Positions 35,250 to 42,650 of a stretch of 64,000 bases of DNA are shown here, one piece after another. Source of the DNA: Acinetobacter phage 133. Numbering within the stretch: position 1 is the stretch's first letter; the number at the start of each line of letters is the position of its first letter. The DNA is taken from the sequence record HM114315.1; one strand, written 5' to 3'. The position numbers and the translations under genes were made by a program. Below the pieces are notes generated by a model. The model worked only from the letters and a program-made list of their open reading frames with translations. It searched no databases and was not told the DNA's origin.

Positions 35250-35324
35250 ATGGAAGTCGCAAAAGGAATCGAACCTTTACTAACAGAGTCAAATTCTGTG
35301 GTGCTACCGTTACACCATGCGACA
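35250..35324 (-). tRNA. tRNA-Gln(TTG)
   Basis: Anticodon arm ACAGA-ATTTGAC-TCTGT. T-arm AAAGG-TTCGATT-CCTTT. Weak 1:72 pair. CCA encoded. Confidence 0.65.
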
Positions 35325-35417
35325 ATTATTAGTTTTTGATCTGTTGAACTATAACAACAGCTCGATGGTAAGTTCATCGAGTCTCAAGAAGTGTATTTCT
35401 ACACTTAGACTAAAATT

Positions 35418-35494
35418 GGTCTCCCATGTTGGATTTGAACCAACGACATCTTCTTTCCAAAAGAAGTAGGCTACCAGACTGCCCTAATGAGAGA
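35418..35494 (-). tRNA. tRNA-Pro(TGG)
   Basis: Acceptor CTCTCAT/ATGGGAG. D-arm GGGC..GCCT. Anticodon arm CTTCT-TTTGGAA-AGAAG. T-arm GTTGG-TTCAAAT-CCAAC. CCA encoded. Confidence 0.7.
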
Positions 35495-35499
35495 TAAAA

Positions 35500-35575
35500 T
35501 GGTCGTCGAGGCTGGATTCGAACCAGCGACCACCGGATTATCGGTCCGATGCTCTACCAACTGAGCTACTCGACG
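35500..35575 (-). tRNA. tRNA-Ile(GAT)
   Basis: Acceptor CGTCGAG/CTCGACG. D-arm GCTC-AGTTGGTA-GAGC. Anticodon loop CCGATAA. T-arm GCTGG-TTCGAAT-CCAGC. CCA encoded. Confidence 0.65.
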
Positions 35576-35820
35576 GTAATATGTACTTTATTGTCAATGC
35601 GTACTATTCGGAACTTGCCATGGGGCAAATAAAAAACATCATAAGACTTACCACAGTATAAAACGGGTTCACGTATAACTGGGGCATTTGAATATTGTTC
35701 TTCAATGCAGTTAAATCCATGATTACGAAGTTGTTGAACAACTTCAAGTGATGTTTTATGACAGTGTTTAATAACAAGGCCAGGTTTTGTTCTAAATAGA
35801 CCAAACATAAAAATACTCAC
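35566..35820 (-). CDS. hypothetical small protein within the tRNA cluster
   Basis: 84-aa ORF. Confidence 0.3.
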   Translation of the reverse strand: MSIFMFGLFRTKPGLVIKHCHKTSLEVVQQLRNHGFNCIEEQYSNAPVIREPVLYCGKSYDVFYLPHGKFRIVRIDNKVHITVE

Positions 35821-35823
35821 AAT

Positions 35824-35915
35824 ATGGAGGTAAGACTGGGATTCGAACCCAGGGACGCCCGAAAGCGTCAGTGGTTTTCAAGACCACCGCAATAAGCCAG
35901 ACTCTGCCACCTTAC
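35824..35915 (-). tRNA. tRNA-Ser(TGA), long variable arm
   Basis: 92 nt. Anticodon arm GTGGT-CTTGAAA-ACCAC. Variable arm TGACGCTTTCGGGCGTC. T-arm CTGGG-TTCGAAT-CCCAG. CCA encoded. Confidence 0.7.
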
Positions 35916-36223
35916 CATTATTAGCTAATTAAACCTCAACGAGGAAATCTTACGCTAGACAAGTTACCCTTCCCGGGATTGCCTAAACACGGCCTGGATT
36001 ATTAGTCCACGCTATAACGGATTTTACAAATTATGTCGGTTAATGATCATAAATCACTAAACGAAATAATCTAAATGTGCCTACCAGGAAAGCAAATTAC
36101 GTGCAAGCACAACCTGGTCATTGGTCACATACTGTTAGGGTTGCTCCAAACCGACTAAGGTTCGTAAGGCCCCAGATTGTGTTCATCATCGGCTGATCAA
36201 TGCCTAGAAACAATCTTAACAAT

Positions 36224-36299
36224 TGGCTCCCCAGGTACGGTTCGAACGTACGACCAACGCAGTAACAGTGCGTCGCTCTACCAACTGAGCTACTGAGGA
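36224..36299 (-). tRNA. tRNA-Asn(GTT)
   Basis: D-arm GCTC-AGTTGGTA-GAGC. Anticodon arm ACGCA-CTGTTAC-TGCGT. T-arm GTACG-TTCGAAC-CGTAC. CCA encoded. Confidence 0.7.
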
Positions 36300-36305
36300 A
36301 TAATC

Positions 36306-36381
36306 TGGTGCCGTCACTAGGATTCGAACCCAGGACCTGACGATTACAAATCGCCTGCTCTACCATCTGAGCTATAACGGC
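36306..36381 (-). tRNA. tRNA-Thr(TGT)
   Basis: Acceptor GCCGTTA/TGACGGC. Anticodon arm GGCGA-TTTGTAA-TCGTC. T-arm CTGGG-TTCGAAT-CCTAG. CCA encoded. Confidence 0.7.
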
Positions 36382-36382
36382 A

Positions 36383-36459
36383 TGGTGTTCATACGGGGAT
36401 TTGAACCCCGGTTACCAACGTGAAAGGCTGGCGTCCTAGACCGCTGGACGATATGAACA
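36383..36459 (-). tRNA. tRNA-Glu(TTC)
   Basis: D-arm GTCC..GGAC. Anticodon arm CCAGC-CTTTCAC-GTTGG. T-arm CGGGG-TTCAAAT-CCCCG. CCA encoded. Confidence 0.65.
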
Positions 36460-36544
36460 TGGCGAGTGTGGACCGAGTCGAACGGTCAGTGCTTGCGGCG
36501 GCGGATTTACAATCCGCTGGGGTTACCAATTTTCCTACACACTC
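36460..36544 (-). tRNA. tRNA-Tyr(GTA), long variable arm
   Basis: Acceptor GAGTGTG/CACACTC. Anticodon arm GCGGA-TTGTAAA-TCCGC. T-arm GACCG-TTCGACT-CGGTC. CCA encoded. Abuts tRNA-Glu with no spacer. Confidence 0.65.
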
Positions 36545-36571
36545 AATATACGTTTATTTATAACGCAAAAA

Positions 36572-36647
36572 TGGACCCCCTCACAGGACTCGAACCTGTA
36601 TAAATCGCAATAGAACTACGATGCCTAATCCATTCGGCCAGAGAGGG
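36572..36647 (-). tRNA. tRNA-Arg(TCT)
   Basis: Acceptor CCCTCTC/GAGGGGG. Anticodon arm TCGTA-GTTCTAT-TGCGA. T-arm ACAGG-TTCGAGT-CCTGT. CCA encoded. Confidence 0.65.
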
Positions 36648-36743
36648 ATTATTAAGTTTAACCGCAATTTGGACAAGGGAAATAACGTACAGTTTGACCA
36701 CAACCTGAGCAATAATGCCCAATGGTAGAATAAATTTGATACT

Positions 36744-37091
36744 TCATTTTGATTTCCTTTTATTCCAATGACCTAAGTCTTTTATGTGAATAAGTGACTT
36801 AATTACGATAACGCCCGTGTCTTCGTAGTAGTTTCCGAAGTACGCAATGTGCTTTGACTTAGCGATAAAGGAGTTTTTCCCATATCGAGAGTCCCGCATA
36901 TTAACTTTACCCGGAGACATATGACTAGCCATATTAATTGTAGCAGTGGCGAAGTCATTGCGTAGAAAAACTACAGGATTAGTCAATTCATATTTTGACA
37001 TGAAAAGTTTGAAACGCTGAACGATTCGTTGTTTTGCATGACCTGAAAAGTGAACAGGAGCTCGACCGAAATTTGAAAACACTGGACTCAT
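36744..37091 (-). CDS. hypothetical protein within the tRNA cluster
   Basis: 115-aa ORF. Confidence 0.35.
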   Translation of the reverse strand: MSPVFSNFGRAPVHFSGHAKQRIVQRFKLFMSKYELTNPVVFLRNDFATATINMASHMSPGKVNMRDSRYGKNSFIAKSKHIAYFGNYYEDTGVIVIKSLIHIKDLGHWNKRKSK

Positions 37092-37363
37092 TCTAATTCT
37101 ACCAATTGTTTTCTTGTAATTTTCGCCGGTCGAAGCTTTAAAACTTTTTGACCTAATGCACCCGCATATATTACAACTAAAGAATGCGTGATATCTTCTA
37201 CAGTATAACGTACATTATCGGTGCAAATGTCATCAAGAGTATTCGCTTCGCGAAAGTCATCATCGGTTAAAACTAAACACGATGTACGTAAGTATTGTCG
37301 CTGTACTTCATTTAACATAATAAATTCCTCATAATATATCCGAGAGGGGAGCAATTGCAACAA
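37088..37363 (-). CDS. hypothetical protein within the tRNA cluster
   Basis: 91-aa ORF. Confidence 0.35.
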   Translation of the reverse strand: MLQLLPSRIYYEEFIMLNEVQRQYLRTSCLVLTDDDFREANTLDDICTDNVRYTVEDITHSLVVIYAGALGQKVLKLRPAKITRKQLVELE

Positions 37364-37379
37364 GACTCTCGGCTAATTT

Positions 37380-37467
37380 TGGCGGAAAGAAGAGGACTCG
37401 AACCTCAACCGATTTCTCAGTCCACTCGCTTAGCAGGCGGTGCATGTCCCATGACAGTTTACTTTCC
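37380..37467 (-). tRNA. tRNA-Ser(GCT)-like, long variable arm
   Basis: 88 nt. T-arm GAGG-TTCGAGT-CCTC. Acceptor GGAAAG/CTTTCC. Anticodon loop CTGCTAA in a stem with a bulged A. CCA encoded. The D-arm is atypical. Confidence 0.45.
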
Positions 37468-37474
37468 ATAATTT

Positions 37475-37550
37475 TGGAGGTGTCAACTGGACTCGAACCA
37501 GTATCGACGCGGATTTGCAATCCGCCGTATGACCATTCTACCATGACACC
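37475..37550 (-). tRNA. tRNA-Cys(GCA)
   Basis: Acceptor GGTGTCA/TGACACC. Anticodon arm GCGGA-TTGCAAA-TCCGC. T-arm ACTGG-TTCGAGT-CCAGT. CCA encoded. Confidence 0.65.
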
Positions 37551-37655
37551 ACGTAGAGGATTCAAACCTCTTAGCACTGTGCGGATTTACGTGAACCATT
37601 CTTTCAATGGAATCGAACCATATACGACCCAGGCAGCGCCTTCCACCTTGGTATT

Positions 37656-37731
37656 TGGAGCGGTTGACGAGATTCGAACTCGCGACATCTGACTTGGAAG
37701 GACAGCACTCTACCATCTGAGTTACAACCGC
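37656..37731 (-). tRNA. tRNA-Gly(TCC)
   Basis: Acceptor GCGGTTG/CAACCGC. D-arm ACTC-AGATGGTA-GAGT. Anticodon loop CTTCCAA (one T:T mismatch in the stem). T-arm GCGAG-TTCGAAT-CTCGT. CCA encoded. Confidence 0.65.
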
Positions 37732-37739
37732 AATTAATC

Positions 37740-37815
37740 TGGTGGGCCCAGCAGGACTCGAACCTGAAACCAACGGATTATGAGTCCGCTGCTCTGCCAA
37801 TTGAGCTATAGGCCC
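37740..37815 (-). tRNA. tRNA with CAT anticodon, copy 3
   Basis: Acceptor GGGCCTA/TGGGCCC. D-arm GCTC-AATTGGCA-GAGC. Anticodon arm GCGGA-CTCATAA-TCCGT. T-arm CAGG-TTCGAGT-CCTG. CCA encoded. Confidence 0.65.
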
Positions 37816-37820
37816 TTGTT

Positions 37821-38042
37821 TTATAACAAGTTATTATTGTAAAGCACAATATATGCACCTAACATTATTGCTTCAACTACTGCGATCATGTACAACAGAA
37901 CTAAAATCGCTTTGCGGACATGTTTTGTCCATTCTTCCATATTGGAAGGATTCATTTTATCTAAGGCCGAACATACCAAGCAACCTAGAACAGTATTTAT
38001 GGTCATGAGACCAATGAATACATAAAGAAGTTCAATTTTCAT
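37821..38042 (-). CDS. small membrane protein
   Basis: 73 aa, two hydrophobic helices. Confidence 0.35.
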   Translation of the reverse strand: MKIELLYVFIGLMTINTVLGCLVCSALDKMNPSNMEEWTKHVRKAILVLLYMIAVVEAIMLGAYIVLYNNNLL

Positions 38043-38359
38043 AATTTTCTCACATTAATTGAATAATATTTTTCCGAAGCGTTCTCACATAGTGGAGAAT
38101 ATGCTAAACAACGGAAAAACTGTTCTTTAGATTCAATAAAACAATCGTTAGACAAAAAATGCTCTTCGTAACGACAACGCTTATTAATAATAACAAATCG
38201 ATCGAAATCAACTTGTACTTGAACACCAAGCTCAGCAACAGAATAAGTCATTGCAGCAAAGGCCAAGAACGCTTCTTCTCGCGAAGAATAAATATACGCC
38301 AATTTCTTGTGCGTAGCTTTAAAAATAAGAGTTTCTAAAAGAGTCACATTCACACCCAA
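38039..38359 (-). CDS. hypothetical protein
   Basis: 106-aa ORF. Confidence 0.35.
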   Translation of the reverse strand: MGVNVTLLETLIFKATHKKLAYIYSSREEAFLAFAAMTYSVAELGVQVQVDFDRFVIINKRCRYEEHFLSNDCFIESKEQFFRCLAYSPLCENASEKYYSINVRKL

Positions 38360-38526
38360 AATAAAATCCGTGTGATACTGGACGTATGTCCCACGGAGGT
38401 TGATCAGTTACATTGCTAAGTGGTTTCTGACCAGTAATTATTCCAGGTCACTTTCGTCTTGGGTCGTATTATGAACTTAATCATAACACAATAGTCCAAG
38501 AGGTAGACCTGGAAGCCAAGTGGCTT

Positions 38527-38606
38527 TTCAATAAGAACGAAATGATCGGAGTCGAATCCCTGCCGCGGTAACTTGAGCTACACTCCGAACTTATTGAAAA
38601 GCCACC
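38527..38606. other. perfect 16-bp inverted repeat (GTGGCTTTTCAATAAG / CTTATTGAAAAGCCAC) enclosing a nested 6-bp stem
   Basis: Seen directly in the sequence. Part of a ~270-nt ORF-free, highly self-complementary region (38360..38628). Confidence 0.5.
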
Positions 38607-38628
38607 TCTTACGAGGTAGCCGAATTTT

Positions 38629-38889
38629 TTATGCTTGTGCACCAAGAGCAATTTCAAGTTTTACTGCATTTTCAGCATCAACTTGTTCGATTGCATCCAT
38701 AATAGTGTCGAAGCTTGTGTCAGTATAGACTAGTTGTAGACGACCACGGCCATCAACAAATTCAACAACAGTTTGACCGTTTACAAATTGTAATACGCCT
38801 TTAATTTTCGCTGCGTCAAGTGCAAAGCGAGCAACGTTAGTGTTTTGTGGGATATCAGCAGAAACAACGATAGAGATACGAGTAGCCAT
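38629..38889 (-). CDS. hypothetical protein
   Basis: 86-aa ORF. Confidence 0.35.
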   Translation of the reverse strand: MATRISIVVSADIPQNTNVARFALDAAKIKGVLQFVNGQTVVEFVDGRGRLQLVYTDTSFDTIMDAIEQVDAENAVKLEIALGAQA

Positions 38890-38890
38890 T

Positions 38891-39118
38891 TTAGAGTCCT
38901 TTGATTTGGATTGAGATTTTCACATTTGTGAAACAGAAGCGAATGGCTTCGAGTAAAACACCGAATAAAAATACATAAATTGCATTCTTACCCAATGATT
39001 GAATTTCCGCATTGGTCATTACTGCGCCAAATACGACCGCGATGAGTACCATCAGTAACGATGCTACAAACACTATATTACGCAATTTTTTCAAAGCATT
39101 TAAACATTTGTTTTTCAT
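38891..39118 (-). CDS. small membrane protein
   Basis: 75 aa, hydrophobic. Confidence 0.35.
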   Translation of the reverse strand: MKNKCLNALKKLRNIVFVASLLMVLIAVVFGAVMTNAEIQSLGKNAIYVFLFGVLLEAIRFCFTNVKISIQIKGL

Positions 39119-39187
39119 AACTAGATACTCACTTGGTATGAGGTTATAATATCATAAAAAACTCATTTGTACAACGCTTTGAAAAAA

Positions 39188-39676
39188 TTATTTATCGTCT
39201 GACCAATTATCATCCAATTCTTCAACTCGTTCATGATCAACAAACAAGTCAATATAGATGCCACCTTCAATATTAATCTTTTGTCCACCTAAGTTATAGG
39301 ACAAAGTAATATGAGGAGTATACTCAGGAAAGTCATATGTTGCACCCAAGATCATTGAGTATTCATGGCGTTCTTTAAGTTGATCAGAATTAAGCTTGAG
39401 TACCAGAGTTCGTCCGTATTTAGTATCCCAAATTTCTAGCTCACCAGAAATACCAGCGTAATAATTATTAAGCGGTCTAAACGGAATACCTACTCGTGAA
39501 TAACAAATGGTACAATGTAACTTTTCACGAGGAACCGGATTTAACAATCCGAGTTCCCTTTGAAATTTTTCAAGCTGATTTAGTGTAGAGTCACTAAAAT
39601 GGGCCGAGGCATAAGTACCTTTAGCCACCTTGTTCAAGCTCAACAGGTTGAGGGATAAGATCAGTGACTGCCGCAA
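39188..39676 (-). CDS. 57B: 2H-phosphoesterase, 57B/Acb1-like (anti-CBASS cyclic-oligonucleotide phosphodiesterase family) by motif and synteny
   Basis: Two H-x-T/S-x motifs (HCTICYS and HITLSY) about 60 aa apart. Sits immediately before 57A and gene 1, as T4 57B does. Confidence 0.5.
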   Translation of the reverse strand: MRQSLILSLNLLSLNKVAKGTYASAHFSDSTLNQLEKFQRELGLLNPVPREKLHCTICYSRVGIPFRPLNNYYAGISGELEIWDTKYGRTLVLKLNSDQLKERHEYSMILGATYDFPEYTPHITLSYNLGGQKINIEGGIYIDLFVDHERVEELDDNWSDDK

Positions 39677-39857
39677 TTAATTGATCAAACGTAATCTGCC
39701 CATTTTCATCGGGGGTCAGAGCTAAAGTCTGCGCGATTGTTTGCAGAACCCCTTGAGTTTCTTGAAGCTGGGCATTTAATTGATGGTTGACTTGACCTAC
39801 ATCAAACAATTGTGCTTTTAATTCAGTGACGATTTGTTCTGGAGTTTGATTGCTCAT
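39621..39857 (-). CDS. 57A: tail fiber assembly chaperone gp57A (coiled coil)
   Basis: 78-aa coiled-coil protein (LQETQGVLQTIAQTLAL) directly upstream of gene 1. Confidence 0.55.
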   Translation of the reverse strand: MSNQTPEQIVTELKAQLFDVGQVNHQLNAQLQETQGVLQTIAQTLALTPDENGQITFDQLIAAVTDLIPQPVELEQGG

Positions 39858-40525
39858 GTTAATTGATCTACCTTGTTGTATAAGTCTTCTAATGTACCGT
39901 TATTTATAATCAGTACATCGCTATCAGTTGGAGTTAAACCTTGTTCAGACAAGTGATTATCTGTATTGCCGGTTTCACGTTGCAAGAATATCATTTTAGC
40001 ATTAATATTTCGAAGCGCTTGAGCTTCGTTATCAAAACGCACATCTGAAACAATTACACCGGGATGGCCATTTTTAATAATGGTTTCGATATCACAAATT
40101 GTGATTTTGACCCAATAGTCAGGATGATATTTGGTTACAATGTCTGTGCCCAAGACCTGCATTAAGATTCGAATGGTCCACACTTTACGAGATTCAAATT
40201 TAATATCATCAGGGATACGTAATTCAATATCCGGATATGTTGTACGCAATACTTTTAAGGCGGATCGTAACCATAAATGGGCAGAGGCATTTGAAATACC
40301 GAGATCAAAGTTGTCTCGATCGTAACGACCCCCTTCATAAAAATCATCAAGGATGATGTTTAACCCAGTCAGCTCGTCAATTCCATATGTATGGAACGAT
40401 GCACTAAGTGCCTCTTTAATAGCATCCGCAAATGCAACTTGCACTAAACCAGGATGATTCTGCATAATGTGTTGTGCAACAGTATCTTTGCCCGATCGTT
40501 TAATTCCGTGGATTCCAATAATCAT
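39854..40525 (-). CDS. 1: deoxynucleoside monophosphate kinase gp1
   Basis: 223 aa. P-loop GIKRSGKDT. Matches T4 gp1 (MKLIFLSGVKRSGKDT, ...DTRQ...IITNDGSLEELF-like ending). Confidence 0.8.
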   Translation of the reverse strand: MIIGIHGIKRSGKDTVAQHIMQNHPGLVQVAFADAIKEALSASFHTYGIDELTGLNIILDDFYEGGRYDRDNFDLGISNASAHLWLRSALKVLRTTYPDIELRIPDDIKFESRKVWTIRILMQVLGTDIVTKYHPDYWVKITICDIETIIKNGHPGVIVSDVRFDNEAQALRNINAKMIFLQRETGNTDNHLSEQGLTPTDSDVLIINNGTLEDLYNKVDQLT

Positions 40526-40537
40526 TTTTGTCCTCGT

Positions 40538-41101
40538 CTACCGATTATCAATTCTCTTTTGTGCATGTTCATGAATAGTGCCACGGTGTTTAACTGCGAT
40601 ACCGTTATATACAATTTCAAAATACTTATATTGAAATGTGGCCATACATGTAACTGACACATCAGATTCTTCGGTGTAGTTATATTCAATTTCACCTAGA
40701 TCTGAAATCCAGGCACCATAATAATGAATACTCATAATAATATTGGATTTGGTATTGTCCAAAATATGTAGAGTAATAAATTTTGGTAAAACACCTTCCT
40801 CCCATCCCTCGTTTTCAAGAGTGAGATAGTTATTAATAGATAGCATCCAACGATATAGTTCAACCCAAGTTTTTAAATTTTCATCGATGATGAAACGGCA
40901 TACCAAGGGGTCAAACTCAAAAGTCGATCCTGGTAATTTTGCTCGGCCTAGGCCGCGTGTACCGGTTGGAGTATCTGTAACTGGTATTCTAACACCTGGA
41001 ATCAAAGCAGATTGAACGTTGCCTGTAAAGGCCTCAGTTATTCCTGCATCTGGGACATCTAGTACAAAATTCGTTGTGTTGGTTAAATTCTTTAATGACA
41101 T
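40538..41101 (-). CDS. 3: tail completion/sheath stabilizer protein gp3 (by synteny and size)
   Basis: 187 aa; sits between gene 1 and gene 2, as in T4. Confidence 0.45.
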   Translation of the reverse strand: MSLKNLTNTTNFVLDVPDAGITEAFTGNVQSALIPGVRIPVTDTPTGTRGLGRAKLPGSTFEFDPLVCRFIIDENLKTWVELYRWMLSINNYLTLENEGWEEGVLPKFITLHILDNTKSNIIMSIHYYGAWISDLGEIEYNYTEESDVSVTCMATFQYKYFEIVYNGIAVKHRGTIHEHAQKRIDNR

Positions 41102-41121
41102 ACCTTTCGCTTCAATATTGT

Positions 41122-41275
41122 GCCCTTATAATAAAGCAACGCTTTGCCCCTTAGGACCATTACTTTAAGCCGGGATAGATTAATAAATGTACAAATGAAT
41201 AAAAAATATTTTACACTCTCATTTGCATTGAAAAACTGACGTTATAATAAAGCAACGCTTTGCCCCTCACCCTAT
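41122..41275. repeat. pair of ~26-nt direct repeats (tataataaagcaacgctttgcccct) 120 nt apart in the gp2-gp3 intergenic region
   Basis: Exact copies at about 41125..41150 and 41245..41270. Each is followed by a similar ..attacttt.. tail. Confidence 0.6.
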
Positions 41276-41344
41276 TACTTTGGCCGCCGGTAGATATACA
41301 AAACCTACCAACGACCTTTATGGCGAAGCCGTGAGCTTGCGAAC

Positions 41345-42136
41345 TTACTTTTTACCCCATACTTTCTGAGAAGAATAACGCTTACCTTTAGACATAAAGC
41401 TTTGTAACGGCATTAGTACAACATTTGACCAATCACTGGGTTTAATTTCAGTTATTGTTCCGACAATATGAGATGGTAGATAATTCTTAATCATCTTGTC
41501 TGCGCCAGGTAAATTTTTTACTTTAGACCAATCCACCTTCAACATTGTCTTGTTACTAATCACACTCGTATTGGAATACTTCAGAATACTCTCTAAAAAT
41601 TCCTGTCTAGCCTTTGGCGGCACGTAGTGCATGTTCAATCCCTGCATCAGAATAGTACCAGACTTTGGCGACTTAACAAACCCTAAACATACAATAAGCG
41701 GAAATCGGTCCCAATACGGTAATGTATCTTTATACTTTGCATCATATGCAAAAGCATATACTTTTCCAGACGCGGGCTTAGACACTTTATGGCCACGTAC
41801 AGCGTCTTTAATTGTTTTGTCGAACCATTTTTGAGATTTAGTATTTGATGCTGCACCGTCATTCTTGATCTTCTCTCGCACGGATTGTCGAAACGAGTTA
41901 ATCATAATCAGGTTTTTATCAGCCTGGGTCAGCCTATTTGTCGGTTTCTGTAATAGTTCGTCTGCCCGTACCGCCAATTTGATCTTAGTTTGGTATCTAG
42001 ACATTGACTTGGTAAACGTACTGTAGTTTATGCCCTTTGATTCGGCAAATACCTTACTGGACATGCCTTTCTTTTTAGCTTGTGCCAATTCAACTCCGAG
42101 GCGGATCCAGTCTGCCTCCTGTCTACTAATTGTCAT
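41345..42136 (-). CDS. 2: DNA end protector protein gp2 (by synteny and size)
   Basis: 263-aa basic protein between gene 3 and gene 4, as in T4. Confidence 0.45.
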   Translation of the reverse strand: MTISRQEADWIRLGVELAQAKKKGMSSKVFAESKGINYSTFTKSMSRYQTKIKLAVRADELLQKPTNRLTQADKNLIMINSFRQSVREKIKNDGAASNTKSQKWFDKTIKDAVRGHKVSKPASGKVYAFAYDAKYKDTLPYWDRFPLIVCLGFVKSPKSGTILMQGLNMHYVPPKARQEFLESILKYSNTSVISNKTMLKVDWSKVKNLPGADKMIKNYLPSHIVGTITEIKPSDWSNVVLMPLQSFMSKGKRYSSQKVWGKK

Positions 42137-42603
42137 TTCACAGCTCCTTTAAATCCAAATTGCTTTAGATTATGTTCGGTCAGTATCTTAAATGTATATT
42201 TATTCTTTTCACAGAATTGCATTGTGGCCAACCACTTGTCCTTATTAACTTTGAATGTATACAACTCATTTAAATATCGGGTTTTAGTGGTCTTAGTCAT
42301 TCTAAGAGGAGGTTTTGGTGGTCTGGTTTCTTTATCAGGCTTAACCTCATATAAGAATTCTCGGATTGTGTTATCTTCAAGTCTATACTTGACATAAAAA
42401 TCCATGAAGTATCGTCGTTTTTTACCGTCTGCCGTTGAGAAGTAGGGGATAATAACGCATTCGCTATTCCATTGAATTACTTTGGGATTAGAATCAAGAT
42501 GTTCCATCATAAATTTTTCCCACGTTGATCGATATGTGATCTTTGTATAATCCCCTCTATATTTGTGTACGTTTTTAACTACGTACTTGCCAGAGTAAGC
42601 CAT
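42133..42603 (-). CDS. 4: head completion protein gp4
   Basis: 156 aa. MAYSGK...KITYRS.WEK...GKKRRYFMD...KPKKET.PP matches T4 gp4. Confidence 0.8.
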   Translation of the reverse strand: MAYSGKYVVKNVHKYRGDYTKITYRSTWEKFMMEHLDSNPKVIQWNSECVIIPYFSTADGKKRRYFMDFYVKYRLEDNTIREFLYEVKPDKETRPPKPPLRMTKTTKTRYLNELYTFKVNKDKWLATMQFCEKNKYTFKILTEHNLKQFGFKGAVK

Positions 42604-42650
42604 AAATTTCTCCTTTATTCTATTTACTAAATATATAAAAAGGAGTAGTC

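Noticed and set aside
36118-36366. 82-aa minus-strand ORF
   Set aside because: It lies entirely across the tRNA-Asn/tRNA-Thr genes and the intervening noncoding sequence. It is an artefact of the stop-poor tRNA sequence.
37444-37800. ORFs 37444..37692 (+) and 37483..37800 (-)
   Set aside because: Both run through four or five tRNA genes (Ser-like, Cys, Gly, CAT). They are not credible coding sequences.
42604-42650. Late promoter upstream of gp53 (aatatataaaaagg)
   Set aside because: The closest match is TATATAAA, not TATAAATA, and it lies only about 13 nt from the ATG. Too weak to call as a feature.
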